Under the pieces are notes generated by a model. It worked only from the letters and a program-made list of their open reading frames with translations, did no database searches and had not been told where the DNA came from. Shown here one piece after another: positions 18,832-27,192 of a DNA stretch of 32,000 nt (position 1 is its first letter; every line of letters begins with the position of its first letter). The position numbers and the translations under genes are program-made. Source of the stretch: Synechococcus sp. A15-28 (GTDB lineage: Bacteria > Cyanobacteriota > Cyanobacteriia > PCC-6307 > Cyanobiaceae); contig NZ_CP047931.1 of NCBI RefSeq assembly GCF_014280175.1, positions 1,110,001 through 1,142,000 of the forward strand. The letters run 5' to 3'.

Positions 18832-19533
18832 TCAGCTGCGCAGACCGTCGATGAATCGATCCACACTGCCGAGCTGCTGTTTGAGGCTGTCCGAGTCTTC
18901 TCCGGCCAACAGCGCCGAGATCTGCTCGGGATCCGGGCGATTTTCCATGGACGCCAGATGGCGGTAACCATCGGGGTCAAGTCGATACAGAGTCCAGTCA
19001 TCAGGGAACCTCCGCATCAACGCTCCACCCTCAAGGGGCTGAAGCCAGTACGCCTGCTGCCAGGAGGAGACGAAGCCACGCCGTCGCTCACGGGCCACGC
19101 TGCCGATCCCGACGGCAGCATCCTCAAGCCGGCCGTTGAGCATCAAGACCGAACCACGATGGTCCTGACAGATGGCCATGAACTGCTCGTAGTCCGAGGG
19201 TTGCGGACCAACCGCCAACACCAATCCATCCGCATCTCCACGGGTCGACCATTGGTTGAAATCCAGGATGGTTCCGGCCAGATCCGGTGCATCACGCCTT
19301 GCCAGCGCTGCAGCCCCAGCATCCGGCCAGAGCAGCCGACAGGATTCATCCACCGAGCGAAGGGCTTGAAACAGCCGCAGAGCGACGGGGAGAATCCGCA
19401 GATTCTCGAATCGAAGGGACGCGCCCCATCGGGCACCCTTGCCTGAGGCCAGGGCTGCCTTGAGGGCATCAAGCAGATCGGCTTCCGCGGTCAGCAGATC
19501 GGCGGGAAGGCTGGCCTTCTGGGCTTCAGGCAC
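18832..19533 (-). CDS. DUF1995-like protein
   Basis: 233 aa. The N-terminus SLPADLLTAEADLLDALKAALASGKGARW...LRFENL fits the DUF1995 pattern as I remember it. The only available start is GTG at 19533-19531. Confidence 0.7.
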   Translation of the reverse strand: MPEAQKASLPADLLTAEADLLDALKAALASGKGARWGASLRFENLRILPVALRLFQALRSVDESCRLLWPDAGAAALARRDAPDLAGTILDFNQWSTRGDADGLVLAVGPQPSDYEQFMAICQDHRGSVLMLNGRLEDAAVGIGSVARERRRGFVSSWQQAYWLQPLEGGALMRRFPDDWTLYRLDPDGYRHLASMENRPDPEQISALLAGEDSDSLKQQLGSVDRFIDGLRS

Positions 19534-19565
19534 GTCTGCAGATTCACAGATGGGCCACCAGCCTC

Positions 19566-20738
19566 TCAGGTGCAGGCGTCAATCGCCTGTTGCAGCAGCT
19601 GAGGAACGGACTCGAGATCGTCACTGCTCAGCCATGGGCCAAGGCTGAAACGCACCAACGACTGCCTCCACCTGGGCGCGATGTCCATGGCGGTCAGCAC
19701 ATCACTGTCCTGGGCCTGGCCGGAACGGCATGCACTGCCACTGCTGCAGGCCACCCCCAGACGCGACAACTGCTGCACCATTCGCCGTCCTGAGAGGGGA
19801 AGGCCTCTTCTGTCCCCGATCAGGCAGGCCAGATGGTGGGGGAGTCGCTGGTCCTCCGCAGCATTGATCACCGTCAGTGCCGGAATCGCAGCCAGTTGCG
19901 ACTGCAATCGATCACGCAAGGAACGAATCTGCGGTGTGGAACCTGGGGGCGCCAGGGACCGTTCCGCGTTGAACCTTGGCAGGTGTTGGAGGGCGACCGC
20001 CAGCCCGGCGATCAGGGCGACGGCTTCCGTGCCGGCGCGATGGCCCCCCTCCTGTCCGCCGCCGGACAGCAGCGGCTGAGCCAGGACGCCTGGACGATGC
20101 AAAAGCACCCCAATCCCTCGTGGACCCTGCAGTTTGTGGGAGGAGAACGTGAGCAGGTCAAGGCTCGATGCGGACCAGTCCATCAGCCCCTGGGGGATGA
20201 GCTGGGTTGCGTCCGTGTGACAGGGAATGCCCCGTTCCCGGCAGGCTCTGGCCACCAGCGGAACGGGTTGCACTGTCCCCACTTCGCTCTGTCCCCAGAT
20301 CAGGGAGACCAGCAGCGTCGGAGGTGACAACAGCTCATCGAGGTACTCAAGACGGATCTGACCTCGTCCATCGACGGGCCAACGCACCACCGTCCACCCC
20401 CGCTGCTCAAGCTGGGCGGCAGCTCCCTCCACTGCTGGATGCTCCACGGCTGAGATCACCAAGCGCCCGGGGGGACACCCAGCGGCGACACCGAGAAGGG
20501 CCAGGTGAACCGATTCCGTTGCCCCGGAGGTGAAGATCAGCTCGTCGTCCTGGGCTCCAAGTTGTTTGGTGATGGCCTGGCGGGACCGAGCCAGGCGCTC
20601 GGCGGCCACAAGACCTGTGCCATGCAGGCTGCTGGGGTTGCCCCAGGCATCCCGCTGCACTGCGTTGATGCACTCGATCACGGTCGGCAGCGGCGGGGTT
20701 GTGGCCGCTGCATCGAGATAGAGCTCAGATGGTGTCAC
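19566..20738 (-). CDS. cysteine desulfurase (class V aminotransferase, NifS/IscS-like)
   Basis: Contains LYLDAAATTPP, the PLP-lysine region SSHKLQGPRGIG and the catalytic Cys region SSGSACRSG. Both candidate starts are GTG. I prefer 20738-20736 (MTPSELYLDAAATT); the track uses 20777. Either start overlaps the dapF 3' end. Confidence 0.88.
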   Translation of the reverse strand: MTPSELYLDAAATTPPLPTVIECINAVQRDAWGNPSSLHGTGLVAAERLARSRQAITKQLGAQDDELIFTSGATESVHLALLGVAAGCPPGRLVISAVEHPAVEGAAAQLEQRGWTVVRWPVDGRGQIRLEYLDELLSPPTLLVSLIWGQSEVGTVQPVPLVARACRERGIPCHTDATQLIPQGLMDWSASSLDLLTFSSHKLQGPRGIGVLLHRPGVLAQPLLSGGGQEGGHRAGTEAVALIAGLAVALQHLPRFNAERSLAPPGSTPQIRSLRDRLQSQLAAIPALTVINAAEDQRLPHHLACLIGDRRGLPLSGRRMVQQLSRLGVACSSGSACRSGQAQDSDVLTAMDIAPRWRQSLVRFSLGPWLSSDDLESVPQLLQQAIDACT

Positions 20739-21819
20739 GCTCAAACCGGGCCCGGGTCCGCTGCTCCAGTGAGTCACTGGCCAGATTCAGCATGGCGTCC
20801 AGTGACGTGCTGTTCAGGAAGGCCTGAACCTGCTGCTGGGCCGCATCACGCAGACAGTTGTCCGGCTGCTGGCAAGCGTCAACACAATCACTGGAGCAAT
20901 CGAACGGAGCCTTCTCCGGGGCAGCGGAAGGCAACGTCTCCAAAACGGAGGCCGCTCCAGCCGGCATCAGATCCGGTGACAACACGCCATCGAACACAGC
21001 CACCGCAGGCCCCGTCATCAGGACGGAACCGCTGCGACCGGGCCAGGCGATCTGGAGAGGACCACCGGGAAGCATCACCTCGGCGTGGTCATCGGCAAGA
21101 TCCAGAAGAACCGCGGCGACAAGGGTTGCGCAGGCCCCTGTTCCACAGGCCAGGGTCGGCCCCGCTCCCCGTTCCCAGACGCGGATCTCCAGACGATTGC
21201 GGGCGTGCACCTGAAGGAAATGCACGTTGGTTTTGGCTGGGAATAGGGGGTGAACCTCCAGAGCCGCACCCCATGCGTCGAAGGGAATCGAACTGAGGTC
21301 GGCAACAGGAACCACGACGTGGGGATTTCCCATCCCAACCGCGGCCACGTCCAGCGATCGATCCGCAAGATCGACGGATCCCCTCGCGAGACCTTCCACC
21401 AGCGGGAGAGTTGTCGGAATGCTCGAGGGGACCAGGAAGGGGGCACCCATATCGACGAGCAACTGGCCATCGCTCTGCAACTCGGGGCGGATCAGACCCG
21501 CAGGCGTTTCAATCGACCAACGCTTGCCGGGAGCATCACCATCACTGTCCGCGAGGAAACGGGCCAGACAGCGGATGCCGTTGCCGCACATCTCAGCCTC
21601 GGTGCCGTCGGCATTGAAGATCCGCATGCGCAGATCCCCTTCGCCCTGGGGTGGCAGGGCAAGGATCACGCCATCACCACCGATCCCGAACCGACGGTCG
21701 CAGAGCTGCCTGACCCAGCCCGGATCCGGTTCAGTGATCGTTGGGGGCAACTGGCCTTGACGTCCTTCCAGGATCAGGAAGTCATTGCCAAGTCCCTGAT
21801 ATTTGCTGAACTGCAGCAT
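20725..21819 (-). CDS. dapF: diaminopimelate epimerase with an extra C-terminal tail of about 84 aa
   Basis: The true start is ATG 21819-21817 (MLQFSKYQGLGNDFLILEG). Catalytic Cys regions are EMCGNGIRC and ACGTGACA. The canonical end is near LMTGPAVAVFDGVL (residue about 280), but the frame stays open to residue 364. The track's 654-aa ORF is an artefactual 5' extension. Confidence 0.92.
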   Translation of the reverse strand: MLQFSKYQGLGNDFLILEGRQGQLPPTITEPDPGWVRQLCDRRFGIGGDGVILALPPQGEGDLRMRIFNADGTEAEMCGNGIRCLARFLADSDGDAPGKRWSIETPAGLIRPELQSDGQLLVDMGAPFLVPSSIPTTLPLVEGLARGSVDLADRSLDVAAVGMGNPHVVVPVADLSSIPFDAWGAALEVHPLFPAKTNVHFLQVHARNRLEIRVWERGAGPTLACGTGACATLVAAVLLDLADDHAEVMLPGGPLQIAWPGRSGSVLMTGPAVAVFDGVLSPDLMPAGAASVLETLPSAAPEKAPFDCSSDCVDACQQPDNCLRDAAQQQVQAFLNSTSLDAMLNLASDSLEQRTRARFERDTI

Positions 21820-21846
21820 GGTGTGCTGTTGGCAGATCCGAATCCT

Positions 21847-22068
21847 ATGGAGACTGCACCCCTCGACCCCAGTCTGCCTGGAGTCAGAACGCTCCAGTCC
21901 TGGATCAGGGAGCAGCTTCCGATCAACATTGATGTCATCGGTTCTGAACGGATTGAGGGTCGGCTCATCTGGCAGGACCAGGAATTTCTGGCCATTGAGC
22001 GACGTCCTGCCACCCGCCCGACGCTGATCAACCGCCGGCAGATCACTGTGATCCGCGTCCTCGGTTGA
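21847..22068 (+). CDS. hfq: cyanobacterial-type Hfq (Sm-like) protein, 73 aa
   Basis: Translation from ATG 21847 gives METAPLDPSLPGVRTLQSWIREQLPINIDVIGSERIEGRLIWQDQEFLAIERRPATRPTLINRRQITVIRVLG. It is collinear with cyanobacterial Hfq as I remember it from Synechocystis Ssr3341 and Anabaena (LPS(V/I)RQ.Q.LIK...PVEIKL.TGD...G...WQD, about 70 aa). In the track it appears only as the tail of the 272-aa ORF 21250..22068, whose 5' part is antisense to dapF. Confidence 0.8.
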   Translation: METAPLDPSLPGVRTLQSWIREQLPINIDVIGSERIEGRLIWQDQEFLAIERRPATRPTLINRRQITVIRVLG

Positions 22069-22116
22069 AACCGCTGGATGTGACACGATCGCAGCCTTGC
22101 CGACATCCCGTCGACC

Positions 22117-24690
22117 GTGAACAGCCGTTATTCGCCTGCGGACCTTGAACAGCGCTGGCAAGCGACCTGGCGCTCCGAGGGGTTGGATGTCACCCCTGAG
22201 CCGGAGGACGGCAAGGGGTTCTACGCCCTTTCGATGTTTCCCTACCCCTCGGGGACACTGCACATGGGCCATGTGCGCAATTACGTCATTACTGATGTGA
22301 TTGCACGGGTTCAGCGGATGCGCGGCCGCGCTGTGTTGCACCCCATGGGATGGGATGCCTTCGGCCTTCCGGCGGAGAATGCGGCGATTGAACGCAACGT
22401 CGATCCCGGCGATTGGACCGATCGCAACATCGAGCAGATGCGATCGCAATTGGATCGCCTCGGGTTGTCGATCGACTGGGACCGTGAGCAGGCCACCTGC
22501 CACAGCGATTACTACCGCTGGACCCAATGGCTGTTCCTGGAGCTCTTCGATGGCGGCCTGGCCTACCGGAAAAACGCAACGGTCAACTGGGATCCGGTGG
22601 ATCAGACCGTTCTCGCCAACGAGCAGGTGGATGCCGATGGTCGCTCCTGGCGTTCCGGTGCCTTGGTGGAGCAACGCCAGCTGAATCAATGGTTCCTGCG
22701 CATCACGCAGTACGCCGAAGCCCTGCTCAAGGACCTGGATCAGCTCAGCGGTTGGCCGGAACGGGTTCGCACCATGCAGGCCAACTGGATCGGTCGCTCA
22801 GAGGGAGCTGAGATCCAGTTCCAGCTGTCCTCCGATTCCGACACAACCATCACCGTGTTCACCACAAGGCCGGACACCCTGGCCGGCGCCAGCTATGTGG
22901 TTCTTGCTCCCGACCACCCCGTGGTGGACAGCCTGACGACGGCGGATCTGCGGGACTCTGTTCAGGCCTTCCAGGGCGAGGTGGCTCGCCTCAGTGCCCT
23001 GGAGCGCACCAGTGATGAAGGGCCCAAGCGTGGGGTCTTCACCGGCGTCAACGTGATCAACCCCCTCACCGGCAACCCACTGCCGGTGTGGATCGCGGAC
23101 TACGTGCTGGCTGATTATGGCACCGGCGCTGTCATGGGAGTTCCTGCCCATGACCAGCGGGACCGTCGTTTTGCCCAGAGCTATGGGCTGCCCGTTCAGC
23201 AGGTGATTGAGGCCGAGGGTGCCGCCGCTGCAATCGCGGCTGGAGAGGCTTGGACCGACAGCGGAGTGCTGATCCATTCCGGTGATTTCGATGGTCTGAC
23301 ATCAACCGAAGCCAAGGAGCAGATCACTCGCCATGGCGCGAAGCAGGGATGGGCAGAGGCGAAGGTCACCTATCGGCTGCGGGACTGGCTGATCTCACGA
23401 CAGCGCTATTGGGGTTGCCCGATTCCGATCATCCACTGCCCAAGCTGTGGTGCCGTACCGGTCCCGCGCGAGGAACTGCCGGTGGAACTCCCCCGGGACA
23501 TCGACCTGTCCGGCAAGGGCGGATCGCCCCTGGGACAACAGAACGACTGGGTCAACGTCCCCTGCCCCTCCTGTGGTGAACCCGCCAAGCGCGAAACCGA
23601 CACGATGGACACCTTCATGTGTTCGTCCTGGTATTTCCTCCGTTTCGCCGACCCCCACAACAGCGAGCGGCCGTTCAGCCGGGAGGCCGTCAATCGTTGG
23701 TTGCCGGTACAGCAGTACGTGGGGGGCATTGAACACGCCATCCTTCACCTGCTGTATTCGCGCTTTTTCACCAAGGCGTTGAAGGATCGGGGCTTGATCG
23801 ATGTCGCAGAGCCCTTTGACCGTCTCCTCACCCAGGGGATGGTTCAGGGAACGACGTATCGCAATCCCAGCACCGGCAAATATGTCGCGCCGGCCGATGT
23901 GGCTGATCCTGAAGCACCAACCGATCCGAACAGTGGTGAACCGCTTGAGGTGCTGTTCGAAAAGATGTCCAAGTCGAAGTACAACGGCGTTGATCCTGCG
24001 GCAGTGATCGATCGCTACGGCGCGGACACCGCTCGCATGTTCATTTTGTTCAAAGCGCCGCCCGAGAAGGATCTCGAATGGGATGACGCCGATGTGGAGG
24101 GGCAATTCCGTTTTCTGCAACGGATCTGGCGTCTGGTGGAATCCGCCGGCACGCGAATCGAGACCCTCGACCCCGAAGAACGCCCCGAGCCTCTGGCCGA
24201 CAGCGACGCTCAGGTGCGTCGCGCCATCCACCTGGCCATCGAAGCGGTGAGTGAGGACCTGCAGGACGAGATTCAGTTGAACACCGCGATCTCGGAGCTG
24301 ATGAAACTCACCAATGCGATCACATCCGTGGGTGTTTCCGAATTGAGCACCTCAGTGCTGAAGGAAGCCCTTTCGACGCTGCTTCGGCTGCTGGCTCCCT
24401 TTGCTCCCCATCTTGCCGAAGAGCTCTGGTATCAACTTGGCGGCAGCTCCAGCGTTCACCGCGCCGGCTGGCCCGAGCTGGACCCCAGCGCTCTGGTTCA
24501 GGACTCGGTGGACCTGGTGATTCAGATCAAGGGCAAGATCCGGGGAACGATTCAGGTTCCCGCTGACGCCGACAAAGCTCAGCTGGAGGCCTTGGCACTG
24601 GCCAGTGATGTCGCAGCCAAATGGCTGGAGGGACAACCACCCCGACGCGTGATTGTGGTGCCGGGGAAATTGGTCAACCTGGTGCCCTGA
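22117..24690 (+). CDS. leuS: leucine--tRNA ligase
   Basis: 857 aa. HIGH-type motif (LHMGHVRNY), KMSKS motif, and N-terminus [13 protein letters not shown] typical of LeuS. The start codon is GTG. Confidence 0.97.
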   Translation: MNSRYSPADLEQRWQATWRSEGLDVTPEPEDGKGFYALSMFPYPSGTLHMGHVRNYVITDVIARVQRMRGRAVLHPMGWDAFGLPAENAAIERNVDPGDWTDRNIEQMRSQLDRLGLSIDWDREQATCHSDYYRWTQWLFLELFDGGLAYRKNATVNWDPVDQTVLANEQVDADGRSWRSGALVEQRQLNQWFLRITQYAEALLKDLDQLSGWPERVRTMQANWIGRSEGAEIQFQLSSDSDTTITVFTTRPDTLAGASYVVLAPDHPVVDSLTTADLRDSVQAFQGEVARLSALERTSDEGPKRGVFTGVNVINPLTGNPLPVWIADYVLADYGTGAVMGVPAHDQRDRRFAQSYGLPVQQVIEAEGAAAAIAAGEAWTDSGVLIHSGDFDGLTSTEAKEQITRHGAKQGWAEAKVTYRLRDWLISRQRYWGCPIPIIHCPSCGAVPVPREELPVELPRDIDLSGKGGSPLGQQNDWVNVPCPSCGEPAKRETDTMDTFMCSSWYFLRFADPHNSERPFSREAVNRWLPVQQYVGGIEHAILHLLYSRFFTKALKDRGLIDVAEPFDRLLTQGMVQGTTYRNPSTGKYVAPADVADPEAPTDPNSGEPLEVLFEKMSKSKYNGVDPAAVIDRYGADTARMFILFKAPPEKDLEWDDADVEGQFRFLQRIWRLVESAGTRIETLDPEERPEPLADSDAQVRRAIHLAIEAVSEDLQDEIQLNTAISELMKLTNAITSVGVSELSTSVLKEALSTLLRLLAPFAPHLAEELWYQLGGSSSVHRAGWPELDPSALVQDSVDLVIQIKGKIRGTIQVPADADKAQLEALALASDVAAKWLEGQPPRRVIVVPGKLVNLVP

Positions 24691-26289
24691 TCAGCTGCGG
24701 CTGAAGCGCATGCTGGCTGGGTTCGCCCAATCTCCCTCGGCCTGGTAACCGCGGGAATTGCCCGCCAGATGGCGCATGATCCAGAACACGGCTTCATCGC
24801 TTCCGTCACCGACGGCCTGACGGATTTCGCTGACGGATCGTGAAGCACCATCCTGAAGAATGGCTTCGATCCTGCTTTGCAGGTCAAGAATGGCCGCTGC
24901 AGCCTTCTTGCCCGCTTCAACACCGGGCTGGTGATAGGCGTTGATGTTGACCAGATCGCCGTAGAACCCCACAGCGCGCTCAAACAGAGCAATCAGTGCT
25001 CCAAGTCGACGGGAATCAAAGCGACGCATGCTGATACTGAGACTCTGACGGCCTCCTTCCGTCAAAGCGGACCGCGTTCCCTGCAGGAACCCATCGAGGA
25101 AATCACCGGGGCATTCGTCCTTGATCACCGGAATATCATCTACATCCTCAAGAACCTCGATGAACGTGGCAAAGAAATTGTCAACGCCGTCCCGGAGCTG
25201 TTGTACGTAGGCGTGCTGGTCTGTGGAACCCTTGTTGCCATAAACGGCAATGCCTTGGTTGACCTCGTTGCCATCGCGATCAAGACGCTTTCCGAGGGAT
25301 TCCATCACCAACTGCTGCAGATAGCGGCTGAACACCTCGAGACGATCGCGGTAGGGCAGCACCACCATGTCGCGGAGTCCCTTGCCGTCGCCGGCGACAA
25401 ACCATGAAGCCGCCATCAGTGCAGCTGGGTTACGACGCAGATCGGCCAGACGGGTCGCTTCGTCCATCTGCGCAGCACCGGCGAGAAAATCGCGGATATC
25501 AGCACCGATCAGAGCGCCGGGGAGCAGGCCCACAGCACTGGTGATGCTGGTCCTGCCGCCGACCCAATCGAACATGTCGAAGCGTTTGAGCCATCCGTCC
25601 TGTTTGGCTTCCCGATCGAGTTTGCTGTCGACCATAGTGATGGCGACAGCCTGAGCAGACCATTGGCCACCGCGGCTCTCAAGTCGATGGCGTGCCTGCT
25701 CCATGCCCAGATGGGGCTCCGGTGTGCCGCCTGATTTGCTCACGGTGACCACGAGAGTGGTTGCCAGACGATCGTCAAGATCAGCCAGAACGGCACTCAT
25801 GCCGTTGGGGTCAACGTTGTCGAAGAAGTGAAACGGCAGCCCTGAGCCCTGTTTCTGGAGAGCTCTGATCATCAGCAGGGGGCCCAGACCACTGCCGCCG
25901 ATTCCGATCCAGAGAACATCCGTGAAGGTTTGCCCCCCGGGCGCTTTGATCACGCCGTTGATCACATCCTGACCGAACTGCTCGATCTGGTCGATTTCCG
26001 AGGCGATGTGGTCACGGACCTGGTCACTTGGCGCCAGTTGCGGAGACCGTAGCCAGTAATGCCCCACCTGTCGCTCTTCATCAGGGTTGGCGATGGCACC
26101 GGCTTCAAGCTCCGCCATGGCCGTGAACGCTTTGTCGAATTTCGGCTGCAGCTGCTCCAGATCAGACGGATTGAGATGCATGCGACTGATGTCCAACCAG
26201 ATGCCGAGATCCTCGTGGTACCAAAGGAGATCACAGAATCGCTGCCATTGAATCTGAGCGTCACTGGCGCTGAAATCCGGGAAGCTCAT
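24691..26289 (-). CDS. pgi: glucose-6-phosphate isomerase
   Basis: The start is placed at ATG 26289-26287 (MSFPDFSASDAQIQWQRFCDLLWYHEDLGIWLDISRM), giving 532 aa. The rest is typical PGI. The track's 594-aa version has a non-homologous, Gly/Arg-rich 5' extension. Confidence 0.95.
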   Translation of the reverse strand: MSFPDFSASDAQIQWQRFCDLLWYHEDLGIWLDISRMHLNPSDLEQLQPKFDKAFTAMAELEAGAIANPDEERQVGHYWLRSPQLAPSDQVRDHIASEIDQIEQFGQDVINGVIKAPGGQTFTDVLWIGIGGSGLGPLLMIRALQKQGSGLPFHFFDNVDPNGMSAVLADLDDRLATTLVVTVSKSGGTPEPHLGMEQARHRLESRGGQWSAQAVAITMVDSKLDREAKQDGWLKRFDMFDWVGGRTSITSAVGLLPGALIGADIRDFLAGAAQMDEATRLADLRRNPAALMAASWFVAGDGKGLRDMVVLPYRDRLEVFSRYLQQLVMESLGKRLDRDGNEVNQGIAVYGNKGSTDQHAYVQQLRDGVDNFFATFIEVLEDVDDIPVIKDECPGDFLDGFLQGTRSALTEGGRQSLSISMRRFDSRRLGALIALFERAVGFYGDLVNINAYHQPGVEAGKKAAAAILDLQSRIEAILQDGASRSVSEIRQAVGDGSDEAVFWIMRHLAGNSRGYQAEGDWANPASMRFSRS

Positions 26290-26405
26290 CGGGCCCTGAT
26301 GGTGCACACCGCCCGAAGGTATCCAGGATCGACCTTGCATGCCCATCTCCTGGGACACCCAGGCTAGTTTCGGTGCTGATTTGAACAGAGTCCCGCTTCC
26401 GGTTG

Positions 26406-27179
26406 ATGCGCGTCCACCTGCAGCGCTGCGGAGTCTTGGCCCTGAGCCTCGCCCTTGTTTCCCCCCCCCCGGCATCCAAGCCGACCGCTGGGGTGGCTCA
26501 AGCGGTCATTCAGCTCACTGAACGTGATGAGCGGCCTGATCCATCCGTTTTCTTGCCCGAGGAGCTGCAGTTGCTGCAGCAACGGTTCGGGGTCCATGGC
26601 CCCCAGACCACGCTGGCCCAATTGTTCACCCGAGGTGTCGATCAGCTTCAGCCACTACGCGACCTGACACTCGATCAACTCAATCAACTCAAACCGGTCA
26701 TCCTTAGAGAGTCAGTGCGTCATCGGATCAATCCGATGCTGGTAACGGCCATTCTGTTCGACGAAATTCAGCACTCCAAGCCCGGAGAAAGTCTTCCGTT
26801 CATTGCTCACTCTGGTCTGGTCAGAACCCACGGACCGGCGCAGCTTGCCATCACCGAACTGATTCACCAGAACCGTCTGCCTGCCAACCCGAGCCCCGAT
26901 GAAATCGCCTGGGCCAGGAATCAATTGCTGGATCCGGAGATGAGCGTGGTGTTTCTTGTGGGCAAGATGAGTCGGCTCAAACAGGAGCTGGGGCTCTCCA
27001 CCACACGACGACTGGATGCCAGCAGCTCCTACGGCGATGCCAAGGCGATCGCCACCTTGGCCTATCTCCATAACGGAAAACTTGACTACCCCAGACGCAT
27101 TTTGAGTTACATGCAGGATCCTGAGCTGCATGGCTTGATCTACAGCTCAAAGCGCAGCCACCCCTTCCTCCTGATCTGA
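26406..27179 (+). CDS. secreted hypothetical protein, possibly lysozyme/SLT-like
   Basis: ATG 26406 (the track uses TTG 26403). Signal peptide MRVHLQRCGVLALSLALVSPPPASKPTAGVAQA. The segment NPMLVTAILFDEIQHS...THGPAQLAI loosely resembles the catalytic-Glu plus G.(M/A)Q. pattern of lytic transglycosylases; this similarity is weak and judged by eye only. Confidence 0.7.
   Translation: MRVHLQRCGVLALSLALVSPPPASKPTAGVAQAVIQLTERDERPDPSVFLPEELQLLQQRFGVHGPQTTLAQLFTRGVDQLQPLRDLTLDQLNQLKPVILRESVRHRINPMLVTAILFDEIQHSKPGESLPFIAHSGLVRTHGPAQLAITELIHQNRLPANPSPDEIAWARNQLLDPEMSVVFLVGKMSRLKQELGLSTTRRLDASSSYGDAKAIATLAYLHNGKLDYPRRILSYMQDPELHGLIYSSKRSHPFLLI
26461..26470 (+). repeat. C10 homopolymer inside the signal-peptide coding region
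   Basis: Ten consecutive C at 26461-26470 (GTT TCC CCC CCC CCG) encode S-P-P-P. It is the longest homopolymer I saw in the window. Confidence 0.95.
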
Positions 27180-27192
27180 TGATGGTTGGGCC

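Noticed and set aside
21803-22027. 74-aa ORF 21803..22027 (+) in the dapF-leuS gap
   Set aside because: It is out of frame with, and almost entirely overlaps, the Hfq-like ORF. Its product (Cys/Trp/Ser/Arg-rich) has no family resemblance, whereas the overlapping frame gives a clear Hfq-like sequence.
21820-22689. 5' two-fifths of the 654-aa minus-strand ORF 20725..22689
   Set aside because: Only the part from ATG 21819 onward is DapF-like. The upstream 290 aa are antisense to leuS and hfq and have no coding-like character. The length is an artefact of the absence of stops in GC-rich antisense frames.
6235-24231. Other long antisense or off-frame ORFs inside well-supported genes (e.g. 6235..6978-, 7054..7785-, 10578..11312+, 13570..14436+, 17093..17926+, 20505..21296+, 23395..24231-, 1078..1644+, 1747..2598+)
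   Set aside because: Each lies wholly within a gene with strong family motifs on the other strand or frame. Their products are Arg/Pro/Gly/His-rich with no recognisable domains, which is expected noise in GC-rich DNA.
26290-26475. 62-aa N-terminal extension of the pgi ORF (track start 26475)
   Set aside because: The extension (MPGGGKQGRGSGPRLRSAAGGRAS...) is Gly/Arg-rich and overlaps the divergent secreted-protein gene. PGI homology begins right after the internal ATG at 26289.
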